64,000 nucleotides of DNA from Camelus ferus (taxonomy: Eukaryota): NCBI RefSeq assembly GCF_009834535.1, contig NC_045697.1:111230001-111294000 (forward strand). The letters run 5' to 3'. Shown piece by piece: positions 13,016 to 26,276 of this stretch. Each line of letters begins with the position of its first letter. Positions within the stretch are counted from its first letter, which is position 1. A program made the position numbers and the translations under genes. The notes beneath the pieces are model-generated. The model saw only the letters and a program-made list of their open reading frames with translations. It was not told the origin of the DNA and did no database searches.

Positions 13016-14849
13016 TCAAAATGAAATAAAGGTCTCACTTCTTCTGATCACATTTTTAAAATAATTTTTAACTAGACACTATAATTTAATTTTTTTCTTT
13101 TACTGTTAGCCATTTGGGTTATTTGAAAATACTTTGAAAACTGTAGATCAAGGGTATAAATATGAATTATCATGATTACCATTGCAATAGTCCCAGGAAG
13201 ATTATAGTGCAATTTGGGTATTATCCTTTGTTGTGAAAAAGTGGCCATAGTTTACATTAATATATAAGCAAATTAACTTAGCAGAGAGAACAGTTTATTT
13301 GAAAATAAATGCTTTGACACCCAAACAAGTCAATTAACTTTTCTCAAAAGCCTGCTATAGAGTAACAGAATGACTATAGAATAACTACCTACTTTTTTCG
13401 AATGAATTTTTCTGCACGGTTTGTCCTGTCTAATTTTATCAGCCTAATAAGAATCTATGCTTCAACCTCCTCACTGCTTTAGGCAGAAGTTCCTGTGAAC
13501 ACGTCAAACGCATGAGCGAATGGACAAATTGGCATAGTGAGAGAGCACACACACAAAAGTGAGACGATGGCTGACCGATTTCCCTAATTACTGAAGTTTT
13601 AATGAGACGATAAAGCCCTTACTAAGGGCTTCCCAAGTTTTACTAGAAGTCAATACTCTTTCTATTCGCAAAATAAGGGCAGCCCAAACCTCTTCACAAA
13701 AGGGCAGTTCATCTTCAGCTTACAGTTGATGGTCGCTCTTAGTGCCAAATGAAGCGACAATGCGCAGCATTACTGAACGTGCAAACCAAGCAAGGCAGAG
13801 CTAAATAAGACATTTTTAAAAGGGGAAGTGATCTCACATGGTAAGCATGACAAAACAGTGAGGCCTAAATAACTGAATCTCATCTCTCCTTTAACACTGT
13901 CGCCCTGAGTCTTTACTCATCTGGGCATCTGAACCCACAACTGAATCATGTTCATTCTCTTCTAATTCTACCACAGCACATCTTTCCAACCAGCAGACAT
14001 CTGAAGAATATGCTCTTTTCTCACCTGAACTACTTGTGTTTCACTTAAATTAATCCAGTTGGCATCCTTTGTTCATCACGCCATATGTTACTAGTTACTT
14101 ACTATGACTAGTTACTTAAATATCTACGTATTATCTCTAGACCCTAATTCCTATGATTTCCTCTTGCGGGTTGCTCTACACAGCCATGAATAGTTTTCGG
14201 CTTTTGTCTGAACTCCTGCATTTTCTCCCCAAATCAGTGAAATAAGAACAAAGAAGAAAATCAGGAAGTCAACAGCCTGTCTCCTTTATTTCTCCATGTT
14301 TCAGAATCATTCTTTCTTTGGTAACACAGGGTACTTAATGGCTCTTACTATTGGTCCAAAACTCATACAACAGAGGATGGCAGTTCAGTTCTCAGCCTTG
14401 TAGACAAAATGTAGACAGTTATACTTGTTCAAGAAAATTGCATTGTCCCAAACTAGTCTGATTTAGAAATATAATCCTTAGTTTGCTGTTGTTCTTACTA
14501 CATTTGATGATTAGACCCTAAAAAGCAGAGTCATTTGACATGAAGTTGTAGTAAATGATTTAACATGGTCATTATTCCCAAGAGAAGGAAGCGCTTTCTA
14601 TCTTCTTAATCAACACAGAGGTTGGCTGTTGATTTTTATCAATTGCATAAATTATTTTTAAACTTTTCAAAGAACTCACAGGAAAAAAGGACTTCACTGT
14701 ATTTTGTAAAAGATTTCAAAATTCACTAATAATATGGCATTTAGTAAATGTCATTTTTTAAAGTTGTGAAATGCATATTTTTCTTATAACTCATTACCAG
14801 AATATATTTGATATCCTCAAAATGCTGGTTTTGCAGTGGGCTCATTCAA

Positions 14850-15320
14850 CAAATGTTCCTCTTCACAGAAAGGTACTTCTGGGTGGCCATGGTAATCAGG
14901 TTTGTTCCGGCAGCACTAATTGGCTCCCGTAGCCGTGGAAGATGAAACCAGGGGTAGACACCTGACTTAGATTCTCTTTTACAGGAATTAATTGAGACTA
15001 AGAGAAAACAGGTTCCTTAGTCTGTAGGTGGATCTAAGTATTTAAACGTAGGTGGTATGGGACAGCCATGTTGGCAGAGAAAACCATGCTACACAGAGAA
15101 AGTGAGTTTTGAAGACATATACAGAAAGAAATTGAGATACAAGATCATTTGGCCACAGTTAGAGAAATTAAGTGAATGGCTGCCTCTGATTTTTCAGTTC
15201 CTGATCCCAAGTCCTTCATGGTATGATTAACTCCTGGATTCTTATATTTCCTTTTCATTTTTAAGTGCACTTAGAAGGGATTATGTAATTGTTTATTTAG
15301 AACCAAAAGGACACTAAAGT
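14850..15320 (+). mobile_element. Old ERVL/MaLR-type LTR remnant (LTR16/LTR33-like)
   Basis: ggggtagacacctgacttagattctc, cagccatgttgg and terminal aaccaaaaggacactaa motifs. Confidence 0.45.
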
Positions 15321-15339
15321 TTACAGCTATAGAACTGAT

Positions 15340-16380
15340 GGTATTGTCCATTGTACATATTATATTTTTCAGTTCAGAAATTTCCATTTGGTTCTTTTCT
15401 ATGGTTTCGATTTTTTGGTTGAGATTCCTTTTTGTTCCCTGATTATATTTATCTTTGCTTTTAATTCCTCGAGTATCTTTATAATAGCTATTTTAAAGTC
15501 CTTGTATGCTAACTACATTATATCCATATTGCTGCATATATTTTGATTTTTTGCTCACTTTTTCCCTACCTGTGGGTCACAAATTTTTCTCTTCTTCACA
15601 TATCTAGTAACTTTTACTTTATGTTAGACATATGGGCACACATTGTTACATGTCTTCCTTGAATTTTAAGGTTTGTTCTGCCAGGTAGTTAATTTGTTTG
15701 TAACTTTTCTCAATACTTTCAAGTCTTCTTTTCAAACTTTGTTAGGGTGGTCTCGAGTTTTCTTTACTCTAAGGAGAAATTAGCTCTACTCCTAAGGGGC
15801 GGCCTACCTGGGAACGCTACTGAAATCCTGAGCACTCGCTGAGATCTCTCCTCTCTGGGTAGCTAGGAATTGAATATTCCCCAACCTTTTACAAACTACA
15901 GAAATTGTTGCCTTCTCAGCTCCCAGCAGTTTTTCTTCTTCTCCTTCTCCCTCTCCATCTTCATCGTTTTTTTTTTTTGTTTGTTTGTGTTTTTTTTGCT
16001 TATTCTTGTGGAGTTTTGCCCTGAGCATGCTCAATATAGATTTCATGAACTCCTCTTTGCAGTGTCCTCCATGGCAACTCTTCTCACACAATCCAGCTTC
16101 TTTACTCTCCCAAACTCTAATTTCTGCTATATCAGCTCAGCAAGACCACTGTCCTCTAGTTAGGTTTCCTTTCCTTGCACAGTGGATGAGAAAGTGTCTC
16201 CAAACAGAAAGCCAGGGCCATCACAGAGCTCACTTCGTGTGTTACCCACAACTGAGGGATTATATTCTTGAGCCTTTTATCTAGGGTCCAAAAAAAATTA
16301 ATTTCATATAACTTGTCCTGTTTAATAATCTTTTTTTGTTGGGTGCTTAGTCTGGGACCAATTAGTCTATTATGGAAAAC
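15340..16380 (-). mobile_element. Old L1M fragment (5'/ORF1 region)
   Basis: ttttcagttcagaaatttccatttggttcttttc... reverse-strand ORF1-like T-rich sequence. Confidence 0.55.
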
Positions 16381-17592
16381 ATCTAAATTGACTTATTGTA
16401 AATTGTTCTTTAAAATTAATTTTAGCTAAAATGAATCTACATATTGACTATATTTTTTGTTTACCATTTGCTTAGTATTAAGTTTCTTTGTACATTTTTA
16501 AAATTCTGTTAATAGGCTATTGTGAGTCAGAGTTTTTATTACTTTGATCTCACTTTTGTTTCCTCTGTGCCTCTTCCACTCAGCCCAAGGGCTGTCTTTC
16601 CAGTACTAGCTCTTGTAGTGATATTTTGGGTTATCTGTCCTGCAGCGATATCTCAGATCTAGACACAGAACATGTGGGTACCTTGCTTCATGCATGATCA
16701 CAAGGGTCTTCGTAGGCACCTTACAGTCATCGCATTTTCAGAACTGAAACAGTGTGTAGAGCCCTCATCACTGTCCCCACAAACACTTTAGTCCCCTTTG
16801 CAGTGAATAGAACTCAGAGCTACTACTGCATACTTGAGTATTTGAAGCCCAATAGGGTCAGCCCTTCCCATCATTTTTCTAAGGTTTCTCTAGTGTTTGG
16901 TTAACTCTTTCATACTTCATCTTTTATTGCTCTGTATTTGGAGCAAAGCATGAAGTCACTGAGCCACCTTGACCAGAATACATCCCTAATGACCAATCAG
17001 ACTTCTTTCTCTGAAATTCCCATAATTTAAACATGAACTAGACTAAAAATTCTGATTTTATAAAACCAGAAAGAATAATAAATCATTAAATAGCATATCC
17101 CTATCAGAAAGTAATACCCTGTACTTATAAAAGGAACAGAATCATTGTATAAATTGTTACCAAAAAGGTTTTAAATCCCAAAACACTATCACTTTGTTAA
17201 ATTTGTCTCCTTCCTTTCTATGCCCACAATGAAATATCAGTGAAAAAGTGATGTATTAGTTAGAATTACTATCATATGGCTTATGCTCGACATGGGCAGG
17301 CATACATTTTTAAATACCTCCACTGCTACATATAAAATAATGGAGCTGAGGTAGGTAATCTCTACTGTCCCCTCCCCGACCTCCTTGTTCTCTGTATAAA
17401 ACTATTGTCTCAACAGAAAATTACCCTGATGTATTGTAGCCTTTGAGTTTACTACTACTAGCTAGGACAAACTGTTCTGAAAGATTCACTAACCAAATTC
17501 AGATGCTCAAATCACAGCTTACTGAATCAATTTAAAACACATAGTGAGAAGCAAGGAGAAAGCAATGGGGTAGGTTAAAACACTTGGGACCA

Positions 17593-17703
17593 GATGTTAA
17601 CTAGACATTGTGGTGATTATTTCACATTGTATACAAATATTAAATCATTATGTTGTACACTGCAAATTAATATAATTGTTATATGTCAGTTATACCTCAA
17701 TAA
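17593..17703 (+). mobile_element. L1 3' tip (L1MA-type)
   Basis: gatgttaactagacattgtggtgattatttcac...tatacctcaataaa; similar to 3250-3350. Confidence 0.85.
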
Positions 17704-17752
17704 ACACACACGCACGCACGCACGCACGCACACACGCACACACGCACACACA
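17704..17752. repeat. (CA)n/(CACG)n microsatellite at the L1 tail
   Basis: acacacacgcacgcacgcacgcacgcacacacgcacacacgcacacaca. Confidence 0.95.
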
Positions 17753-18529
17753 GAAACAGAGTGCATGTGGAGTAAAAGCATCACATTACCTGAGTCTTTT
17801 GTTAGTCAATATACACTCTTCTCTCTGACTACCTCACCTTCTACCCACTTCATCTCCCCTTCCAGCAGCCAGTGTGGTTATAAATATTAGAGTTGAGACT
17901 GAACAAGAGAACTCAGCCAATGAAAGATGTCTGGAATAAACACACTCTTTTTCTAGCAGAAGCACACATGAACAAGTACACTTGCCATAGCCATAACTCA
18001 CCAATAACTAGCTGAGCAGCCATAGATAGCTTTGTTCTGTTTGTTTGTTTCAGGAAAGATACCTGGGACCAGAATGGATTCCACCAATGGATTTCTATGG
18101 TGATATAACCTGCAAGTCATAAATATTCAAAGACCTTATTGGGTCCTTTCCTTTTTTTGTATCTTTGTCCAGTACATGTATGCTGTTTTTACTCATTCCT
18201 TTGATTGAGCTATGTGTAGAATGCCTCAGAATCTACTCCCTTACTAATTATTAATACTGAGTTTCATTTGTCTTCTTACTCCCTACGGCAGATTTGAATA
18301 TTCTTAAATAAAACACCAAAACATGTATGTCCCAAATTTATAATAATATCTAGTAGTTATTCCCTGCTGATTATTTCAGGCACTTTAGTAGGATATCACA
18401 TGCCTACGCACCATGACGGAAACTCTTTGTTGCCTCTCTGACAGCCTGTTCTCTTCACAGAAACATGACCTGTTTGAATATTGGCCCGCCGTCACTATGT
18501 GCATAGGGTGCTGGGCTCTTCTCCAAGCA

Positions 18530-18975
18530 TGGGGGCAATACCATGACTGGTCACAGCTCATTGAGGCAGTCCCATTGACCTTGCCAGGAATCAGCATTTG
18601 ACATAGTCCTGGCCAATAAGATCAGAGGGGATCTGCTGTGGGAATTCTGGGAAAGACTGTCTTCATTGGCAATCGCTTAGTAAGAACCACCCCCTTTTCT
18701 GGACATTTTTCACCTTCATGCAACTCTCAGATCTGCAGTTGCCTCTTGGGATTGTGGTGACAGTGTATGAAAATAAGCCAAAAGGATGATAATGGCAAAA
18801 CAGAAAGATGAAAAGAACCAGAGAAATTTGATGATTCTGGTAAGCCACTGAATTAATCAACCCTGAAATGACCCTGTCTCCAATATTCCTTGTTATGTAA
18901 AATTTTCTTTAATGTTTAAGGCACTTATGATGGAATTTTTCTGTGTGCAGATTTTTTTAAATCTTAGTTGATACC
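18530..18975 (+). mobile_element. MaLR LTR (MLT1J-like)
   Basis: tcctggccaataagat...ttctgggaaag...gccactgaattaatcaaccctgaa...tgtttaaggcactt. Confidence 0.65.
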
Positions 18976-20799
18976 AAAAAAAAAACAAAAAAAAGAGAGA
19001 AAGACTTAATTTAACCTTCCCAACACTCCCTAACATAACAAAGCTCTTCAATGAAGAGCTGTGATTCAAATATAATTTTGTCTAACTCCAAAACTCATAT
19101 TCTTAAATGTCATGCTAAATCGACTTGCTAATAGGAGATGTGATGCAAAGAGTTCACATGTTTTCATCTCCCTTAGTTTTTATAAGTAGATCTTTTGACT
19201 AACCAGGATTGTCCACATTTTCACCTTCCTTTGCGTCTTAGTGTTTTCCCACCATCCTCAACCTCTTAGCCTGACCAGTAATCTTGTCATTCTTTTTTCC
19301 TATATGTACCTTGTATCCTTGAAATTTTTTATATTAATGACACCAGGTAAAATTAGTTAAACCAATGGGATATATAATATCCATAACCAGCTGTCATTTT
19401 CCACTATTAACATATTTATTAGCTTTTTCCATTTTGTGTTAGAAAAACCACATCATTGATCTTTAATGACCTCATTAACTAGTAGCTACTAGAACAATTG
19501 GCATTTTATTCAACAGGACCTTTCTTCATATGCTAAATGTAGCCCAGGGGGAAAAAAAATGCCTCCAAAGGAAGGCACTCCCTTAGGAGAAACCATCTGA
19601 GATATTCTTTGCATTAGCCCTGGAATTTTTTTTAAGTGGCCTTGGGTTTCTTCACTCTTTTTTTCCATTAAAACTAGCTGATGATTTACTATCAGTTTCT
19701 CTTGGGCCTTACACAAGATTTCTTCAAGTATTGGACATATGATTTTCATCCAGAAGACAGCAAACATTCCTTATAAATACCTAGCTGAGTGATTTTGATG
19801 TATCAAGTGAACGTCCAGAAGTCCCAGCATATTTCATGGGGCACAGAACCACCTTGCCCCCTGGGAAATGTTCATCTCCAAATTTTGAGTAAGACTGTCA
19901 GGATGAATTAGCATTAAATGCAACATTATTATCCCTTCAACTTTCAAGATGTTAAAAGGAAGATTCAGCTTCTCTGTCAAAGAAGATGTGTCTCTTTGTG
20001 TAATGAAATCAACAGAGAAGTCACTTTACAAGCCAGAGAGAACACGTTTGAAAAACAGTATAGTAACATTATATTTATCTGGAAATCCCAATCATCTAAA
20101 GTGTAGCAGAGAATGAATAAATAAGAAAATAAGGTTCCTGAACAGAATCACTAAGTGTGACAATGTTCATTTGCTGAAAGTTACATACCTTATTTAAGAA
20201 TAGGCCGTCAAGTTCTTATGCAGAACCCCAGACTCATATTTTATACATTTTTCTAATGAATTTAGTTAACTTCTTCTTGGTTTATAACACATGACACTTT
20301 CAACATTGTTCAGGGAGAAAGGAAGGGGATGATTTTAGCAACATGCAGACTGAGTGCAAGGGAAGGAACAGACAAAACACAAGCAAAGCACCACTGCACA
20401 GAGCATTCCAGCCTAAGGCCGCACTCAGTAAGTGCCAACAAATCAAGAAGCTTGAAATGTCTACAATTTTATGGCTCAAAATTATAATTAATACTAATAA
20501 TTATAACTTTAATAATAAAAATTAAAACGTTTACTACACATGTAGATTTTGCAGCTTTAGTAATGATGATTGAATGAGGAGCAGTGGCAAAACTTTCCTT
20601 CCATTAAATCCGTGTAAAATAATTTAAATAGGAATATATTTATTGTTCAAAAGGATTAATAAATTATATTCAAATATGCACCATTGGACAAAGCTAATCG
20701 TGGATCTATGAAAATATTTTTCAGCACTAAAAAGTAATATAAAAATAGTAAGACTTCCTAGATAAAAGAAGGGCATGATATAAAAAGTATACAATGAGA

Positions 20800-23700
20800 G
20801 GAAGATAGCTGAACATCACCAAAATGGCACTGTAGGAGGCCCCAGCCTGCATCCCCCTCAAAAGATGAACAATTAGAGAGTTGTCCACAACAAAAACAGC
20901 ACTGGGAGGCTCTGGGAGTCCATTTGAGAAATTTCAACAACAAAAACCTTAAAAATAACTGAATAAGAAGGAAAGGCATCACCCCATTATCCAAGCCAGC
21001 ACTGCTCAGAGCCAAGAGGGAACTTGCCAGTTAGAAAGAGTTTTCCTCACTGGGAAGAGAAAAGTGGGGTGAGCAACCAGCTTCCTGAGCCATTCAGGAC
21101 ACCACGTGATGGTCCTACCTTGGTTTCATCTGACCCAGACTGGCAAAGCTGAGATGTATAGAGACAGCTAGAAACAAGGAAGTAAAACAGGGTCTACAAG
21201 TAGCAGCCACTCAGCAGGAGTTCACAGTGACCTGGTCTGCAGACAAACCCAGCAGCTTTCATCACCGAGGAAACCAATGGTCAGTGTAGCTATTACGAAT
21301 CTCTGCAGATTTCACCAGCTTTTGCCCCACAGGTGTTAACATTCACCATCTGAGGACCTCCTCACTCCCTGCCCCCCAGCCCCACTGGAGCCCAGAAGCT
21401 GCACAGGCATCCAGGCCAGGCCTCTGCAGCCGCATGAGTACAAGACACCACCTAGATCACTGTGGCTGATCCCCATCAGCCTAACCAGGGGTTAGCCTTT
21501 CCAGCTGTGCACTTGCATGCCACTGTCCTGATACTTGTCACCACTCTCCACTGCAGTGCACACCTCTGGGGGGAGGCTGCATGGTCACAGGACAGCACAT
21601 TAATTGCCAGGGTCCTCATAGCTATTGTGGGCCTGGACCAAGCCCTGTGTTCTGTCACTGGGCTGCACCACTGTAGCCAGCACCTCCAGCTGTCCACTGC
21701 CACCCCCAGCCTGATCCTTGTCAACAGCCTCCACTGTCATGCTCCTGTGGCAAGACGCAATGACCAGGGTAATGCATACTGACCGTCAGAGCTCCTGCAG
21801 CTGCTAGTGGGTCCTGGTGCCTGCCCTGACCCCCATCACTACATGTGTGTCTGTAACTGGCGACTGCCACCACACAGGTACCTGTAGCTGTCCCCTACAA
21901 CTGAATCTATGCATACCACTACTCTGGCCCCAACCTGGACCTTGCCCTGGACCCTACCCACTGGAACTTAAGGCTCTGCTGAGAACCCCAACAGTCCTTG
22001 CAAGCACTGCAAACCCACCCAAAATACTTACTAAGTACCAGACAATTGTAGATGCTATGGGTCCTACTGGCCTGAGCCAAAAAGAAATCACAACGCCCTG
22101 GGCCTGGTGCCACCACACAATCTTGTACCTGACACCTTGCACCACTAATTCCAGAGTCACAGTAAGTTCTAGCATGCTTCCGCTCACAGACAAAAGCCTT
22201 CCCTTGTCAAAGTTAATCCATAAAGTCTGGAAGAGGTGACTGCTTCTTCAAACGTGCAGAACACCTACGCAAAGCTACAGGGATCACAAATAATCCATCA
22301 AATAAATACAGTGAATTCCAGTTACTGGTCCCCAAAAAAATGGAGATTCAAGAATTGTCTGAAAAAGAATTCAAAAGATGCTCAGAGAGCTTCAAGAGAA
22401 AACAGATTAAAAACTATAATGATATCAGGGGATAAATATGAGAACAAAATGAGTTCAACGAAGAGATAAAAGCATAGAAAAGAACCAAACAGAAATTTTG
22501 GAGACAAAGGACTGAACTAAAAAATTCAATAGAGAGCTTCAATAGCAGAATCGACCAAACAGAAGAAAGAAACAGGAAGCTTGAAGATAGATCAATTAAA
22601 ATTATCCAATCAGAGTGAGACAGGAGGGAAGAGGGCAGGGCCCAACCACTGAAGGAGTGACACAACAACTGAGGACAGGGCAGACTAGTTAGAGCCACGA
22701 TGGCAGAAGATTTGGATTCTGGTAGACCTTGAGCCTGATGGCACACCCACAGGCACCATCACAGTTCCTAAACTGACCATTAAAGGTCAAAAAGTGGGCA
22801 GGGACCCAACTCTTAGAAATCCATGCCACTTCCTCAAGTAGCTGGAAAAACCCTCCTGCTCACTAGCATATGAAATTACCAAGCCCATTAAAAACTAACA
22901 ACTCTGCACCTCGTGGTCAGTCTCTCTCTTACCTTCTGAGATGGCCTGCACTCTATCTATGGAGTGTGTATCTACCTATACTTTAAACTAAATACCCCAC
23001 ACCTCTCAATCTCACTCCTTCTTGCCTTTTGAGATGACCCTCATTCTTCCTATGGAGTGTGCATCTCCTAAGCTGCTCTCCCTTCTGAGTGAGACAGACC
23101 CCACTATGTCTTCCGATGTGTATCTCTCTAAATGAACTTGCTTTCACTTTAGTATGCCTTGCTCTTGAATTCTTTCCTGTACAAGGCAAGAACCTATTCC
23201 CTGCCAACAAGAGGAACAAAAAAGAAAAAAAGGAATGAAGAAATCTTACATGATTTATAGGGCTCCATTAGAAGAAACAATTTTTGTATCATTGGAGGCC
23301 CAGAAGGAGAAGAGAGGAAGGAAGGACAGGAATCTTATTTAAAGAATCATGGCTGAGAATTTCCCAAACCTGGGGATAGATTTGGACACCCAGATTCATA
23401 AAGCTAATAGACACCCCAAATTTCAATCCACAATCTACAATCTTCTCAAAGACACATTATAATAAAACTATCTAAAATCAAAGACAAAGAGAAAATTTTA
23501 AAAGCATCAAGAGAAAAAAAAAAAGCTCTCATGCAAGGAAAACCCCATGAGGCCATCAGCCAACTTCTCAGAAGTGGTCAGGAGAGAAAGGAATGACATT
23601 TTTGAAGTGTGGAAAGAGAGAAACTGCCAACCAAGAATACTTGAACCAACAAAGTTGTCCTTCATAAATGAAAGCGTGATAAATACTTTCCCTAAAAAGC

Positions 23701-24385
23701 AAAACTAAAGGATTTCATCACCACTAGACCTGCCTCACAGAGAATTTTAAAAGAAGTTACTCAAGCTGGAATGAAAGTACACTACCTAATAATATAAAAA
23801 CATGTGAAAATATACAACACAAGCATAGACTCAGATGCAGAGTTCTCTAATACTGTAAAATGATGGGGTGTTAACAATTGATTCTAGTATAAAGGTTAAA
23901 GGACAAAAGTATTAAAAATAGCTGTATAGCAACAATAATTTTTAATGGATACACCATATAAAAAGATCTGAACTGTGAAATAAAAAATATGAAAGGAGGG
24001 CAGGAGAAAGGTAAAGATTTTGTATGTTAAATTAAAGTTAAATTGTTATCAATGTAAAAAAAAAAGACTGTTATATCTATAAGCTGTTTTATGTATGCCT
24101 CATGGTAACCACAAAACAATAACTTATAGATTCACAAACAATAAATAAAAAGGAATCAATGTATACCACTACAGAAAATAATTGATTCACAAAGGAAGGC
24201 AGCAAGAGAGGAAGAAGGGAACAAGAGAACTACAAAACGGGCAAAAAAAAAAAACCAGTAAGATAGCATTACTAAGTGCTTACTGATCAATAATTACTCT
24301 AAAAGTAAACGGATCAAATTCTCCAGTCAAAAGACACAGGGTGACTGGATGGATTTAAAAAAAAAAAAATACAAGACTCAGCTGC
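20800..24385 (+). mobile_element. L1 5' portion (5'UTR, degenerate ORF1, start of ORF2 endonuclease), 3' part missing, interrupted by an LTR
   Basis: catcaccaaaatggc 5' end; GC-rich UTR; ORF1-like A-rich sequence about 22270-23790; ORF2 start ataattactctaaaagtaaacggatcaaattctccagtcaaaagacacagggtgactggatggat (LNVNGLNSPIKRHRV-like). Confidence 0.9.
22616..23209 (+). mobile_element. MER41-like ERV1 solo LTR
   Basis: TG...CA termini with perfect 4-bp TSD AGAG (22612-15, 23210-13); MER41 hallmarks tagcatat, ctatggagt, aacttgctttcacttta, gaattctttc, aagaacc. Confidence 0.88.
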
Positions 24386-26129
24386 ACCATCGTCACATTA
24401 TCAATAGTAGAAATTCCCAAAGAAATCAAAATGAATGGGATAAAAAAAATGAATTGGATAAAATGCGATAAAATCAACACCTGAAGGAATAATAAGATAA
24501 TTCAGCAATAAGAGCACTGAAATCAAGCACGTTCTAAGAAATACGGAATTTATTTTCTTTCTCTATTTAAATTAATCAGTCTCTGTAGAATGATTGTTTA
24601 ACTAGCCGGATAAGTTGGGAAACACAAGATGAAAGCAAACATTAATCGAGCCTTCGTACTTTGGGCCATCTCAGAGCTTTGGTGCCTAATGTGCCTTAGG
24701 AAAGGCCATGAGAGGGACCTTCTCTGTAAACATATTTATTTGGGTCTAATACTCCCATGTGCAGTTAACTGCCAGATTGAGATGGTCTTGTTCTGTGGTA
24801 GACTCGTTTCACAGATTGAGAGTTTCCTGTGCTGTGCCGAAGAAGAACACTAAAAAGCAATTGAAGGGGCGTAAACCTGATCCAGATGGTCTTTGGAGGT
24901 ACTGAGCAGCAGGTGCACTGCAAGGCAACCTGGAGGCTTTCGAAACCTGTGGGTCCTCAGTGCTTATTTGAGGGAAGTGCCGATGGGAGGCGCTGTCTCT
25001 AGAAGGTACCTGATTGATCGTGTTTTGGTTACATCAGGGGCAAGGAGAGAACAGAGGGTTTCAGAGTAAGTTGATTTGCATGGATTTGTCACCAAGTCCC
25101 CAGCAGATGTCTCGGGCAGGTAAATCTTCATGAGATGGGGAACAAGCGGGATGTAGGAAAGGAAGGGGAGTGGGGGGGGAGGAGAGCCAGTAGGCTAGGG
25201 AATTGGGGCCAACAGAGCCATAGAAGTGGGTGAGGGTGAGGAACTGGGGATCCAAGGAACCCCAAAGACAAGGGTCACATAAGGAAATACAGAATTTAAC
25301 TAAAAAGTAAAATTCTATATGTTTCAAACAGCAAAATTATATTACATTTGTGCAGAAATAAGTAACAATAGAAAACAATGAGACAGTTTCAGAAACTTCT
25401 GTGGATAAACTATTATCCATATTGACTAAATATAGACAAGTTACTATTCATCTCTGCACAACAGGAAGATATTTTCAAATTTAACAAAGCCTTGGGAAAA
25501 TGACTACTCAAGTAGCTTTTCTATAAAAATCTTGATTGCATATTCAAGAGAATTAATGATTGAATTTAAGAAAGAGCACACATGTGAAGGCAGTATTATT
25601 GCAGAGATGTCTCATGATCACTGAATTGATGGTGAACTTCTGTGGAGATGAGAAGATAGACATCAAGACGAGAAATATCATTGTAATAAATATAATTATC
25701 AAATATTTTGTGTTAAAATGAAGTCATAAATGAGCACAGCTGCAGAATGTTAAATTAGATTCACATATGTAAAAAGATTTGGGATGAACAATAACAACAA
25801 AAAAAGAAAGGCAAAATTAAGTACATGATTTCTTACTTTCTCTATTCCCTTTTATGGAAACCTTGCAAGTGGCAAGACTTTCCTCAATTTAAAAATTAAA
25901 TTGAGATATATGCATAGAATTCAAAAAATTTAAAGAATGGTTTCTTTAAGTAGTATTAGTATTAATAATAGTATAAGTATTGGTGTTAATAATAGTATAA
26001 GTATTAAGTATATTCTTACTAATACAGGTTAGTATTTTGTTAAATCTGTAGATCATTACTCATTTCTTTAAACAAGCATTTATTAAATGCCAAGAGGCTG
26101 ATCCAAGTTTCCTTTTGTGGGGGAAAAAA

Positions 26130-26276
26130 AGGAAACTATAACATAAAATTTTTAAGTTAACACCAAAAACATCAAAAATACAAAAAAAAATTCTATTAAT
26201 TACCTAACACATGTCTACAATATTTTTTCCTATTTTTATCTGATATTTGTGATCACCTCTTCATAGAACAATGATT
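26130..26276 (-). mobile_element. hAT-Tip100 (Zaphod-like) DNA transposon, left piece
   Basis: Minus strand reads KSLFYEEVI, continuing the transposase C-terminus broken at about 29130. Confidence 0.65.

Noticed and set aside
19042..19060. Palindrome agctcttca-a-tgaagagct (similar one at 41900-41917)
   Set aside because: Short palindromes of this size are expected occasionally in 64 kb; no supporting context
21462..22239. 106-140 aa ORFs
   Set aside because: GC-rich L1 5'UTR; chance ORFs
25954..26010. Short tandem duplications (also at 3054-3097, 14088-14118, 24427-24465)
   Set aside because: Ordinary slippage duplications; no repeat-spacer architecture, not CRISPR-like
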